Assembly: GCA_903813345.2 (NCBI GenBank)
Contig: CAIIXF020000001.1
Span: 21,762,001 to 21,826,000, forward strand
From: Owenia fusiformis
Taxonomy: Eukaryota
Length of the DNA stretch: 64,000 bases
Reading direction: 5' to 3'
The notes beneath the pieces were generated by a model. It saw nothing but the letters and a program-made list of their open reading frames with translations, did no database searches and was not told the DNA's origin. This document shows positions 12,401 to 25,500 of the stretch, piece after piece; positions within the stretch are counted from its first letter, which is position 1; each line of letters starts with the position of its first letter. The translations under genes were made by a program, and so were the position numbers.

Positions 12401-15400
12401 TTGATTTCATATGATTTATATGGGCGCTTGTTTGTCTGACAAGTCTTTTCTCTAAATTTATACATAGATGGCTTTTGAAAACAAAAACAATATGGGTACA
12501 TGAAATGCCAGAAGGCGATTTGCCCTAACCCTGTTTATTCACTGTATGCTTGTATTTGTTAAATACACCTATTGATTAAAAAAAGTATAGTAAAAAAGAG
12601 CAATACATACCTCTGCTGGATCGAAGTTTAGCACTTCTTTCATGTACATAGGACCAGTGGAGACAGTAGCATGTACTGCCCAGTTAGCACATAGATGAGC
12701 TATTATGATTGCCCACACTGCAGGTGACCTGAGAATTGATGGCCAGGGTACACTCAGATTCTAAAATACATGTGGCATAGTAGGCAAAAATTCAGTTTCT
12801 GTTATACAGGGTGAGCCAAAAAAGATTACCCAAACTGATCTTAATAACTAGCTCATCATAGTCATCTGGTATAGGTTTTAAATCATATTTGGCACAATTG
12901 AACCTTGTTCAATCTTCTTTCATTCCACCAAATTTAATTCTAAGCTACCTTTTTGGATCACCCTGTAGATCAAAATACAGTTGAACTATGATCGTTTTAA
13001 TAAAAGTGTGCCTAATTAAAAATTGTATTCTTGTAAATGCAGGCTACATTAAGATCTTAAGTATAAATTGTAACATAATAACGTCATGGAAATATCATAC
13101 AATGTATAAACATACATAGTTCTAACATACCCTTTTTACTTGGGGTATCCCATCCTCTATGTGTTTCATTTCTTCAGGAGAGATCCTTGGATGTTGTTGG
13201 GGGCTGTCATATATGAAGAATACCCAGCATAATAGCCATAGAAATGATAATCCACCTAGTATATAACATATATGACTTGGGTATCGCTATCAGATATCAG
13301 ATGTAGGTTATATTCTGAGGGAATATATCATATTAGTATTCACTGTCATATTCCTCATTCTCTGATTGGTCTATGTCCTGTCTATGTCCTATATTTTATA
13401 TAGGAATATTAACAGGGAATAATAAAACAAAAATGTCATTCTATTTCCGAACGAATACCTAGGCCTCCGGGGTTTGGGGATTATTGCTTATAATATGCAC
13501 AGGTTTTCACCTCAATAGATTGAAATATTTGTATAATATTGACTGTAGGGACAACTTGTTTAATTTCCTATGTGGGATGGATACTGGAAATATCTTGGAT
13601 TGACATCTCATTTAATACTACATTTTCTTAACAAGTATGTCTAAAGATTCATCAAAGGATAGCGTAAGAAATTAGAATATCTTACATTGTAAGTTCTGTT
13701 AGTACAGTGTAGTAATGAATACATAAATATAGCAGTTTCTATTCTTCATCATTTCTAAATATTTCTGATGACTGTTTTGTGCTTTTGTAATGTTGCCCCT
13801 TGTGATGTGTCATATACAGTAATTAAGCATTCACAATTTAAAGGCCCACTAGCCTATACTTAATTAAAAATCATCATTGAAACATACATGTATTACTCAC
13901 ACACTTGCTCAAATATGAAACAAAGTTTAATTTGCTTAATATTGAACTAAGAAAAAAATAACTCACTTAGAATGACATTGATAAAAACTTGATATATAAA
14001 GCTTGACAGATCAAAAATATTTTTTGATTGATTATTGTAAACTTTGATGTGGTTCGTTTGAGCTGTTGTTGGTGTCAAATGAAAGATAGGGTTCTTATCA
14101 ATACATTGGAAATTCTATAGAATTCAAATAAAAGTCTTTATTTTGCCCAGAAACATTGAAAATACGCAAAGTGAGCCTTTAAAAGTGAACATTTTTACAT
14201 GTGAATACCCTTTTCTCCATTAATTTTCCTATAATTTCAAAACCAATTTATGTAAACATCGATAGTGAACACCAATCTAAGAAGCATTCATTTAAATGAT
14301 GTTTACAGTATAAACATATAGTAATAAAAATATACCATAAATGTAAAATATAGATGGCCATCCACCATCAAATCCATACTGGCAAAGGAGGCCTGATGTT
14401 CCCATGACAATCAGGCTCCCCAATCCTGCACCTGAGGTAGAGAAGAGGATGAGGAAGGACCTTTCATAGAGAGGAGCCCAGCGACTCCAGAATGCATGGA
14501 ACACTGGGAAGGCAACTCCCTTGATATGAAATAAAATAATATTGCTTTACAAACATGAAAAGTAAACTCTGCATGGAAGTACAATAATATACATTTCAAA
14601 AGAGTTCTAATTATACCATGGTATATTATGGTATCATGGTAAATATGATCTTTAAATTAGATGGAACCTATATCTGATCAGAATGATATGATCTGTAGAT
14701 GTATTCAGCTTTACATCCAATCTGCAAAATTATCAGCAATATTCAGAGGGTAGTTGGTGAGCCGATGAAAAGGGTATAATATTTCGCCAACACTGCCATT
14801 AAAATCATACATTGTGCTTTCACAGTTGATATGTGTACATATGGACTGAACAACATGAGTAAAAGGCTCCTCTCTACCATATGCAGGCCTGTCAACTGTC
14901 CCGCAATTTGCGTATTTGTCACGCATTTGCTGAAGAATTTGAAGTCACGCCAGTTATTTTTGCGTGACAGAAAATGTCACGCAAATACACATTTTACCTG
15001 GTAATTGTCAAGCAAAAATATTTCTGTAGAAAAATTTCTAAAAAAGATCGTCTACACAGCAAAAATTTGAACGCCGGAAAAAATTGTACGCATTTCGATC
15101 GGACTTTTCACGCGAATTACGTATATGTCATGCATTCCGTTCGAAATTTTTGGTACCTACCCCCAAGGTGTTCAGGTTTGGACCAAGGTGTCCACATTTT
15201 GAGGGGAGGTGTTCAACATTTCCAAGTCACTCATGTTAGGTGTTCCCAAGTTGACAGGCCTGCATATGTTTACTTTTTTTCTTCACAAATATTCAACTTA
15301 CCTGCGCCATACCAAGTATGACTCGCAGGATGATAACAGCGATTACACCACCCTTTCTCGCTCCAATAGGTGTCAGTAGTGTGGAAAGCATATTGACGAA

Positions 15401-17108
15401 CATTGCAACACCGAAAACCTTCTTAGGCCCAAGGGAATCTGATAGCCAACCCCCTAAGATCTGAGTCGATATGTAGCCATAGTAGAATGAACTCAGGACC
15501 CAGCCTTGCAGTTCCTTTGGCCACTCAAATTCACCAGCCTATAAAATTTCAGTTTCTATCTGAAATATTTTATCCTTGGAATTTCTACACATTTATTACA
15601 TATGAATAGAACTTATGTCATATACCAAACTAACCAGACTCCATAAAAATATTCCAAATATATGAGCAAAAGTGTAGTATTATTTGAAATAAATTAGGGG
15701 CCACCTTCTTGGTCACCCAGTACATCCGGTTTTTGAATTATAAAATGAAAACATATACACTTCAACTTTTATTAATTGTGGATAAGGATGTTTATACACA
15801 GGTCCTTGTTTATTTAGTAAACCTCTCAATCTCTATCTCAAAGTAAATAATGGGAATAACACATTTTGTTTACATTAAAACCCTTAATCCTCATCTACCC
15901 AAATCAGAAAACATCTGAAACTGATAACTTCCCAGAATGCCCCTGGTCACTTTAGAACCGTCATTTAGCCTACAGTATCACGTTGCTTCATAGCTCATAA
16001 TAAAATCAGCTCCCCAATGTGATCCTGGCTGATCTGCTTTTGGGTAGAGTCCTTTTGATAAATCAAATCTGCTTACATAACCTGCTTTCTTTCCTCCTAG
16101 TCCTCTGACACAAGGATCGTCATCATCATGTGTTTGGTTGATTTCCGATGTTAAGTTGGCCAGGGTCTGGTTGCTTGTCTCCCTAGTTTGCTTCACCATA
16201 CATACAATGCTCATGCTCATGTTAACACGCAGCCCATACACGAAGAAGAAGCCAAAGAATGCGATATATGCCTGAACCATGCGACATGATGTCCAAAATG
16301 ACCCTAAAAGAAATCATGCAAACATATCATACACAATTCATTTATTAAGGACAGATATTTAAACTTATTAATAATTGACTCTTACTATGTTGCCATTGTA
16401 GGAATATAAAAAAAACCTTTACTCCAAGTGTTATTGGACTTCAACTAGAATAAAATGTAATCTGCAAATCCTTGTACTTTACCCATTTGCACAGAGCAGG
16501 TTATTTTTTCTGTATTACAAAACATATGTGTAAGTTGTGAGTTGTTTGTAGAATGAATCATCAAGAGAGTTTTTTCATGCATTTCGCTTGTGTTTTTCAT
16601 CTAAAAACATCAGTTCACTTTAAAACATTTTTTTTACTATAAGATTGCAACATATATAATCCCAAAAAATATTTCTCGTTTTCAAGGGTTATCTATGGAT
16701 TAACACCCAGGTATTTTTATTTTTCATACTTCAGAGGGCTGGGAATAAAAAATACCTCGTTGTTAATCCATAGATAATCCTTGAAAATAAGAAATATTTT
16801 TTTGGGATTATATGGTGCAATCTTATAGTCAATAAAATGTTTTAAAGTGTATTGATGACTTTTAGATGAAAAACACAATCGAAATGCATGAAGAAACTCC
16901 CCCAATTAATTCTACAAAAAACTCGCGGTCCTTTGAATAAATTGTAAAATTTTATTATTATATATCATGAAAAATAGCAAGATCTACATGTCAGACAAAT
17001 CTTCTTATCCCACTCCATGAATATATCAAATGGAAATCAACAATACTACATTTTGTTTTGATTTAAAAATATATACTCACAGAAACTTGTTTTTTGACTC
17101 TTTTCCAT
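9441..17108 (-). CDS. SLC17 family MFS anion transporter, sialin-like, paralogue A (522 aa); exons 17108-17081, 16303-16077, 15538-15302, 14519-14336, 13255-13131, 12760-12611, 12365-12233, 11764-11614, 11380-11290, 9683-9441
   Basis: Ten GT-AG exons total 1569 nt in one frame from ATG to TAA. SLC17 motifs: LRVNMSMSIVCM, GEFEW...QGWVLSSFYYGY..TQILGG, FPVFHAFWSRWAPLYERS, WPSIFYIYG, DSPQQHPRISPEE, VPW..IL, NHVDIAPRYAGLLFGITNT, EWQ..G.VQPWA. Confidence 0.93.
9890..11310. repeat. Intronic minisatellite, ~40 copies of alternating 34/35-bp units containing the exon-9 end and splice donor of SLC17 paralogue A
   Basis: Unit cttacattaggtgtgagcatttgaatgtacaagta (35 bp) alternates with a ...catttaaagaacaagta variant (34 bp). 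The last unit overlaps the exon end at 11290. Confidence 0.95.
12807..12965. mobile_element. Tc1/mariner-type MITE
   Basis: TA|cagggtgagccaaaaa...tttttggatcaccctg|TA. Confidence 0.75.
13842..14178. mobile_element. Kolobok-like non-autonomous element
   Basis: TTAA|aggcccactagc...gcaaagtgagcct|TTAA. Confidence 0.55.
14884..15262. mobile_element. hAT-like non-autonomous element
   Basis: Perfect TIR caggcctgtcaact...agttgacaggcctg flanked by catatg on both sides; CpG-rich interior with repeated tcacgc motifs. Confidence 0.75.
16538..16926. mobile_element. Foldback element with ~175-bp imperfect inverted arms
   Basis: 16538-16716 is the reverse complement of 16747-16926 (for example ttcatgcatttcg/cgaaatgcatgaa and tatctatggattaaca/tgttaatccatagata). 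Confidence 0.75.
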
Positions 17109-17592
17109 GTCTGGGAGATGAATAGTGCTATCTATACATTGATATACATTCAAAAACGTTATTTATGTCACCTAATGTAAATAGGTCACCTGTTGTGAAC
17201 AGTTAACAAGGTTTAGGTGATACTGGTAGGTGATAAAGGGACACTTAATATATCAACAACATAAGACATTATCATACAATAGCCTTGTTGAATTAAGATA
17301 CACACGCTTTTTGAATGTCATCTAATATAAGGCTGGTTACAAGTTCAAATATTGTCTCTCTGGTATTTTTTATAATGTTTAATCAAGATTCTTTTTTAAA
17401 AAATGTTGAATAAAATAACATCTAGTATCTACTGCAAACATAAAAATGCATAAAAAACTAGGAAAGATAAAAGTTGGTAGAGGCATTCAACTTATTGCCA
17501 AAATGTCAGCCAATTTAAATTCGTGTGATAGTTTTGAATAAAGTGCTCACTGATTTAGAAAAAGTGTCAGATTGACTTTCAACATGTATAAA

Positions 17593-18219
17593 CACCCTAT
17601 GCAGACAGAGCCTGTGGGAAATATTGGGTGCGGAGCAAATGAGTGGAGGGTGCGGAGCTAACGGTCATTTTTGAATTTAAATTTGGGATATTTCTGAAAT
17701 TAAGCCGTTTTGGGACTTCAAATATACCAAGATATGTGTATTTGACACCCACCAAATATCAATACAATTGTGAAAATAGTAGCACAATTCATTCTATAGC
17801 GACGCAGTGTGCCTTAAACCTTTCCCAGACCTATATATTTTGAAATTATCCTTTTAATACTGAGTCCCCAGCATTCATAAAAAATGGTGTTCAAGGTACA
17901 CTATCTATACAAATTATTTTTGCATCGAAGCCAGGCAGTATCTGTGTGATTTTATAAAAATTCGGAAATGTTTTTCAGATAGAGCCCCCTCTAAATATTG
18001 GGTGCGGAGGAGCTCCATGAACGTACCTCCGCACTACTATTTTCACAATTTTATTGATCATTGGTGTCAAATACACATATCTTGGTATATTTGAAGTCCC
18101 AAAACGGCTTAGTTTCAGAAATATCCCAATTTTAAATTCAAAAATGACCGTTAGCTCCGCACCCTCCGCTCATTTGCGCCCCACCCAATATTTCCCACAG
18201 GCTCTGTCTGCATAGGGTG
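17593..18219. mobile_element. Long-TIR non-autonomous element, CAC...GTG ends
   Basis: caccctatgcagacagagcctgtgggaaatattggg...cccaatatttcccacaggctctgtctgcatagggtg, ~190-bp TIR, flanks ATAAA/ATAAG (4 of 5 match). Confidence 0.8.
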
Positions 18220-18329
18220 ATAAGCATAATATTTTAAAATATGTATACTGTACATCCATTGAACAAGTTAAAGCAAAACATCATATTATGACATAAAGGT
18301 AGTCATTTCCAATGTTGAAACCATTTTTA

Positions 18330-18860
18330 CAAAACATGGTGGCCATTTTAAATTGGGAAACTATGGTACTGAAAATCTCTTTGTGAAAAGGTCTTTATGC
18401 CCATAGGCCTACAGTATTACCGTATAAATAACCAAGAACCAGTATTTGAATTATCAAAAAATTAATCTTGAAAATTTCTTTTTGAGCAATAATCCTATGT
18501 CTCTAGGCAGTACCATATAAAAAACCAAACCGTTGACTGGTATTTGAGCTATCAAAGATTGAATTCTTTACAAAAATGGTGGCCATTTTGAATTGAGCAG
18601 CCATATTGAAAATTCCTCGTTGAGCAGATGTCCTACACCCATAAGGCATAAGTCTATTATAAAATTTGAACCAAATCCTATTACCGGTATTTGGTTTATT
18701 GCCTGAACAAATGAACGAACTAACGAACAACAAACAGTTGTCTTCTCTATATCCCTACAAACTTTGTTCGGTGGGATAATAAACAAATCTACAAAGTGAA
18801 CAGACAAACGAATGGACAACTTCTCTATATCTCTCCTGAACTTTGTTAGATGGGATAAAT
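18330..18860 (-). mobile_element. Helentron/DINE-like non-autonomous element remnant (related pieces at ~6800-7040 and ~33860-33990)
   Basis: Repeated atggtggccatttt units, a gaac/gaca microsatellite-like tract, and terminal hairpin ctctatatccctacaaactttgttcggtgggata followed by an A-run; the end is duplicated. Confidence 0.55.
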
Positions 18861-19528
18861 AGGTACATGCTATCAAAAGTACAAAAGTAAACAGATTACA
18901 AATTATATTGTAAATTATAGACAAGTCACTCTGTGATGTTAGTGCACTTGAAGGGCAAAATGATAACTGGTCATAAAATAAGATTATGCCATTAATGTAT
19001 GATTATCACACCCATAAAATAGATAAAATGAATGGAGTGGGAAGCTTGACCTTTTTATATAGATCTCATACATTCAAAAAACATCAGAGGAGATTTTACC
19101 ATACCATGTGCATGATTAATTAGTAAACTTTCTCATGAAAACTTTTTTACATATTTTTGGGGATTTTCTCATAAAAATCCTACTGTCCCCTAAATTCATT
19201 TTGTCCATTTAACAGGTGTGATTATACAGCTGAAATTGATGGATCTGAATTCGATTAGACAGAGAAAAACCAGGTAAAATTGTGGGTAACTGAAATGCAT
19301 CTACATCATCCTCAGTAAAATACCAACAAAACAATTTCAAAAACAAATCAAATTGTATTTTAAAAATTACCTTCATATAGTTTATGATAATTGTTATATT
19401 GTGTTAACAAACTCATGATTTAAAAATACCTCCTACTGTAAAATATATCCCTTATAAATAAACCAAAAGGAGACACCGGACCTCTATCTTATAACAATGT
19501 CACTTGATTACTTTGAAACACTATGCAC

Positions 19529-22500
19529 TCATGTTACAAATAACTTGTAAATTCTCACTGGTATAAAAATTATGCATTCAAGAATTTTTGTAATAATGTA
19601 TACAAAAAATCTAAGAACTGAATAAAGAAAACCAGTTTTATTAGTCAGTCCTGTGTATTTAAATTGAGCCTGAGCCCAATGTTGAATTTCTCCTTTCCCC
19701 ATTGTGATGAAGAATATGGTCCCTAGTAGATTAATAGCAGTGTTCATGAAGGCTACCGACTGCCACTCATCTCTAGTGCCCTGCAATCACATCCATTAGA
19801 TTGTTTAGACTATGTCAGTGGCGTAGCAAGGAAGGAAAAGGTGACGAGGCCACATGACTACAAACGTATATTATATGCAAAGTTATACGGAATAAACACC
19901 ATTAAATGTGAACAAAGTTCGAGGATGGCAAAAGAAGAACACAATGATAACCTTAATTGATGAGATTGTGCACAATTAAATGAAAAATCAAAAAATGATG
20001 ACTTAAGATTAAAAATTAATAAAATATATATACAATTAATTTATCTATATCAAAAATATCAAAAGGTGATGAAGCAAGCTCTTTGTCTTGCCTCATCTGC
20101 CACATCCTCCTTAGCAGGCTTCCAGAATCGTACCTCCTTCTTACAAAAATGAAGAATAGATTCTGGATTTTGAAACCCTGCGTACGGAGGATGCATCTGC
20201 CAATGCTTCAGTATGTGTATGTGTTTATTATATTCTCCATGGCATGTTCTTAGGAAGGAAAAGGCAATGATGTAAAAATGCCATGTTCTTAGGAAGGAAA
20301 AGGCAATGATGTAAAAATGCCATATCACTTGAAATCATGATCTTATTGAACCCAGGTGGAACTCTACTATACCTAGCCCCTAGAAATGCAGAAGATACTC
20401 TGTTTGTCTAAATGTATTGTTTAGTATATTTTTGAAAGTACCTTAGGAAAATGCTATGTTCTTAGGAAGGAAAGGGTAATGATGTAAAAATGCCATTCAT
20501 AGGTTTATATCACTTGAAATCATGACCTTCCAGGTGCAAGTTGCACTAATTGCTCCCCATATTGTAAGTATTACATTCAAATGTTGTATTATTGATTTCA
20601 TTTATTAAAGATGGCACCATCATCAAGTCTCATATATGTATCTCATATCAGTTGTACACCCCTCAAAGTTAACAATGCAAATTCAAATTGTAGTTCTAAA
20701 ATATTCTTGCCTTAGTCACACAATATGTACTTATATTTTAGCATCTAATAATTAAATGGGTCCTTTATTTTAGTATTACCAAAATTGATTCTCTGTTGAT
20801 GATAAATTTTTGTCAAGGATTTATTTCACCACAGGATTCCACAGAATAGTGAGACACCCTGTATAAGTGACCGTCTTATTTTATTTCCTAATCTCTCATA
20901 TGAATTGATATAATGTTCTTACATTTTTTGTCATTCTGCCTATTAAGATTGGAGCGACCATGCCTGGGATTGTTGCTATGGTGTTTGTTATTCCAAACAA
21001 TGTTCCGGCAAACCTGAAAAATATTTCTTGTATTAAAAGAATGTATTGACATTGTTCTACCTATATGGTGGAATTTGAAATGATTTGATAAGGGTTCATA
21101 CTTTGAAGAGGCATTCATGATCCAAAAGAGCTTTAAAATAGAATATTAATAATATACAGTGAAGCTTGTCTTATTGTAGCTAAGTAAGTGTTTACATTGA
21201 AAGGTGTTCAGATTAGAGAATTGTTCGGATATACAGGTTTTATTGTTTTGACCTTAGATTTCTTATGATCTTTAAATATGACCTTGACCTTCTCTGCCCA
21301 AATATGGTCATATATAGGTCAAATGTCAATATAGTTCAGTCATGAAGAAGTACATACAAAACCATAGAAATGGTGATATACTGTAGTAAGGACATAAAAA
21401 TGCAGTTACCACCATTTTAAATAGCTTAATTTTCCCTCTTTAAAAAAGAGAGGATACACAATACACATGTATGGATACACATATACACGTACTGTACTAG
21501 GTTCTGACCCTAAAGGTAAGTAAACACTGACCTTGGAGCAATGTCAACATGGTTCACTTGGTATCCTGATCGCACTGGTCCAGTGAACAGTGTAGCAAAC
21601 ATCATCAGAAACATGGCCAGGTAAAAGTTGTTGTAATCTAGGAAACTTAACCAGATTGTGAAAACTGATGGTAACAATGTCCCTATAAATAAAAGATGTA
21701 CATGTACATACTGTCATGACTAGGCTTCTCAAAATAGTAATAAATAAGAAGCATTGGAAAATCACAAGATTATTATTTGAATTGGTTCTATAAATTTGAT
21801 AACTTACCCATGACCTTATAGTATTTACTGATAATTTTGCATTTCTAAAGAAATAATATTTATATGTCAAAGCATATACTAGTAACTAGTATAATAAATA
21901 GTCTGATAGTTTACCGAAAATCTGGAATAATTTCCGTACTCCTGATGTAGACCAGGTGCCACTCTGCCTTAAGGAATCAGCCAATTGCCCAGATATGACC
22001 GTACTAGATATACCAACCACCACACCAACACCCGATATCAAACCATTCTGAAATCATAGCAGTTATAAGTGGACAGGACTCCTTGATACATTAAGAAGGG
22101 CCAGTTAACTTGCAAAGAATCTTTGTTGTGTACCAGCATATTTATGTACGAGGGGTGATCCAAAAGTCTTGGACGCCCCGCTCTAACTTTGCTATTTTCT
22201 AATATAATTACATGAAACTTTCAGATAATAAGGATCAACATCTTAACAACTTTGTGTATAAGTTTCAACAGAAAATAATATAATTTAGCTACTTTTCTAA
22301 ATAGTTTTTGATACCGGGTCCCTGCCACTGTTTTAATATGGCAAATACTTGAAGTGCAGATGTAAAACCTAACACCAGTCATGATATGAGAGAATTTCCG
22401 ATTTTCAGTCTGAGTGTCATCTGCTATCATCATCTTCACATATTAAAACCTACTTTTTTTTTTTTTTCCACGAATTTGAACACATTATTCATACCGCTTT

Positions 22501-25500
22501 ACCAAGGAATGAAAGTCATTTATGAAACCGTCATTGCTTATGTGATACAAATGCTGCTGGAGTGCCACTCTAAACCTCATCCAATGAGTAAAAACATTTT
22601 CTTTCAACCCTCCTTTCAACTAGGAGAAAAAGAAGAAAATCACATGGAGCCATATCTAGACTGTATCGTGCATATGGTAGCTGCTCAAGGTCAATAATAG
22701 TGAAACTTTAATGTCGTATTCTTTGTTCCACTTTGATTTCTTTCATGTTCTGACTTTCAGCAGCCATCTTGGAGAAAAAATGATACCAGAATGAGGGTTG
22801 ATTTTCTGATGACAATTTTTTAGAACTTGACATATACGGCCATTGTTATATGTGATATTATAATAAAAACACAATTAATTGGTTGCCTGATAACAAAGAG
22901 AGTAAACTAATATGGTTTAACATTCAAAATTTAAGGAAAGATAGTGGTCAAGACTTGCAAACCGAGTCAAATAGCGGCAACATTTAAGGCTAAAAGTTGC
23001 CATGTGCGAATACCGTTCCGGGTGGCAGGGTCACTATATTAATAACTATTGAGAAAACTACATAAAATATATCATTTCACCATGAAATTAATACACAAAG
23101 TAGTTAGGTTGTTGGTCTGTATTATTGGAAAGTTTAAAGATATTTTATCAAAAACCAACAAAATTAGAGCAGGGCGTCCAAGACTTTTGGATCACCCCTC
23201 GTATGAATGCACATAAAATAACACAGCACTTCTTCAAGGTCTTCCATGATTAAGTGCAAAAATAAAACCATAATATGGGATATATAAGTACTACCCAAGA
23301 TTTATTGCTCACCTTCGATGGTGGTTAACAGCAATGAACAACAATAAACAATGGAACACAATAAGAAGCAATGGGTAGATGTACATGTATGAATATTTTA
23401 CATCTTAATCACTCGAAAGGAATATCTCTGCATCGAGTTATTTACAAGTTCAGTCAGAATTTTATCAACGCTACATATAAATGGTGATTTCTCATCACCT
23501 GTTTGTGAAAATATGATTTCCATGTTTGTAGATTCTCCAGAGAGCCCATGTTTGAGACAGTATCAAACCATTGAGAAAAAAAATTTGGCCAAAATCTAAT
23601 TTCATTTTGGTTTGTATCCCATACCATAGTATTACAGTAACATGTAACAATGGAGAATTTATCCTTGCACGATAAAAAGCAATTTTTCAGTTTTGTCTTA
23701 TTTTATAAGAAAGAGTCGCAGTGAAGGAGACAAAGAGTTACTCACTGCGCCAGGCTCAACTTTGAAGACATCTTTGGAGTATGTAGGTCCGCTTGTTGTC
23801 ATGGCATGAACGACCCAGTTAGCACAGACATGGCAGAGTAAGAGTCCCCATAATGCTTGCGATTGGAGGATATCTACCCATGGTACTGTTAATGTCTGCA
23901 ATGTAGATAATATGTTCATATAGGGCTAAGTAGTGTAGACATAACAAATAAAGAGAGTCCATAATGTTTGGAAAAAGCAATGAAAATATGTATGCTTAAC
24001 CACAAATTATAATAGGATTCAATATTCAAAAACTATAACATGTGATATTTGCCAAGAAATGTGTGTTTTGCATTCTGAAAATATTTTGCTATCAAAGAGA
24101 ATATCAAATTACAAGTTGGCTACACCTTAATAAATGAAAAGTTTGAACAGTACTCATGCAAATATTTATTGTGAAATGTCATTTCATGGCTGGACCAAAT
24201 AAACAAGGCATTAACATGCAAAATGTCACCACCTGCCATTTGTTACAGATGCGGAATACTGCGCACCAACCACCAAATTACAACAACTGAACCCAGTCCA
24301 CAAAAAGGTTGGAGACTATAACTTGTGGTGGTAACATCAGGAAACATTATGTACCAAGATATGTACCTCTGTTTTCTTGCTTGTGACTCCAGCTTTGATG
24401 TGTTTAAGTTCTTGCTGTGATATAGTGGGATGTTCATCTGGGGAGTCATATACATTCTGGTACCAAAGGTACAACCAAAAGAATGTCAACCCACCTGAAA
24501 AAAATAGGCAAAATTTTATCTTTATAACACATGTGAAATAGTTCTGATCAATTCATAGAGCAATTATTCAAGGCTGTTGTACAAATCTGTCAATTTATTG
24601 TGCTAAAAGATTAAAACAAAAAACAAAATATCTAGATTCAAGACAAAACTGGATTTGAACTCATGCCGTTTTATTAACTACCTCCAAAACATTGATATTC
24701 AATATTCATCTAATCTGATAATATATTACAGAATAGTATTACAGAATAATTTATTTCAAAATGATGAATCAAAAAACATATTCTAAAGAGAATGAAGAGG
24801 AGGGAGTGGACTATAATACAGGATCAAGGTAAATGGCAGGGGTGGTATTGAATTGGGATCTCCTTCAGGAGACAATGGGATACTGTTGCTGTTGCTACTT
24901 AAATGGGGCTTCACCTAAACAAACCAACCAACCATACTAATTTGTTAGCCATAGTGTTCCATATGTATACCTGGCATATAGAAGGTAAGGGGCCATAGGC
25001 TGCTGTCTATCTGGCAAAGTGCCCCTGATACTGTCAGTCCAAGCAGTGCACCAAGACCTCCCCCTGAAATTAGAGATGTCCTCCCTGTAGTTTTGCTCAT
25101 GTAAAGTTAGACAGTGTACAAGACAATCAACTCCCGCAACAGTTCCTTTGTTAGTAAAATTTTGTTTGATTCATCATGAACAAGTTTTATCATGATGACA
25201 TGGCATTTTCTTCCTTTTAAATGTTTCTTCAGTGTTAACATTTCTGCCTACTCCAGATAAAAACTATAATAGATAACAGAAGGCATGATATCGACAAACA
25301 TAATGGTAATAACAATTGCAAATAAAAAAGTACCTGAATTTGTGAAAAGAATCAACTTGGTTCTTTCATACACTGGTGCCCAGCGACCCCAGAATGAGTG
25401 AAAAGCGGGAAATGAACAACCCTGAAAAAGAAGTTCATACAGAGGGGGCCAACTATGTCTCTAGGCTTTCAAAATAAATATAATGTATTAATGATTATAT

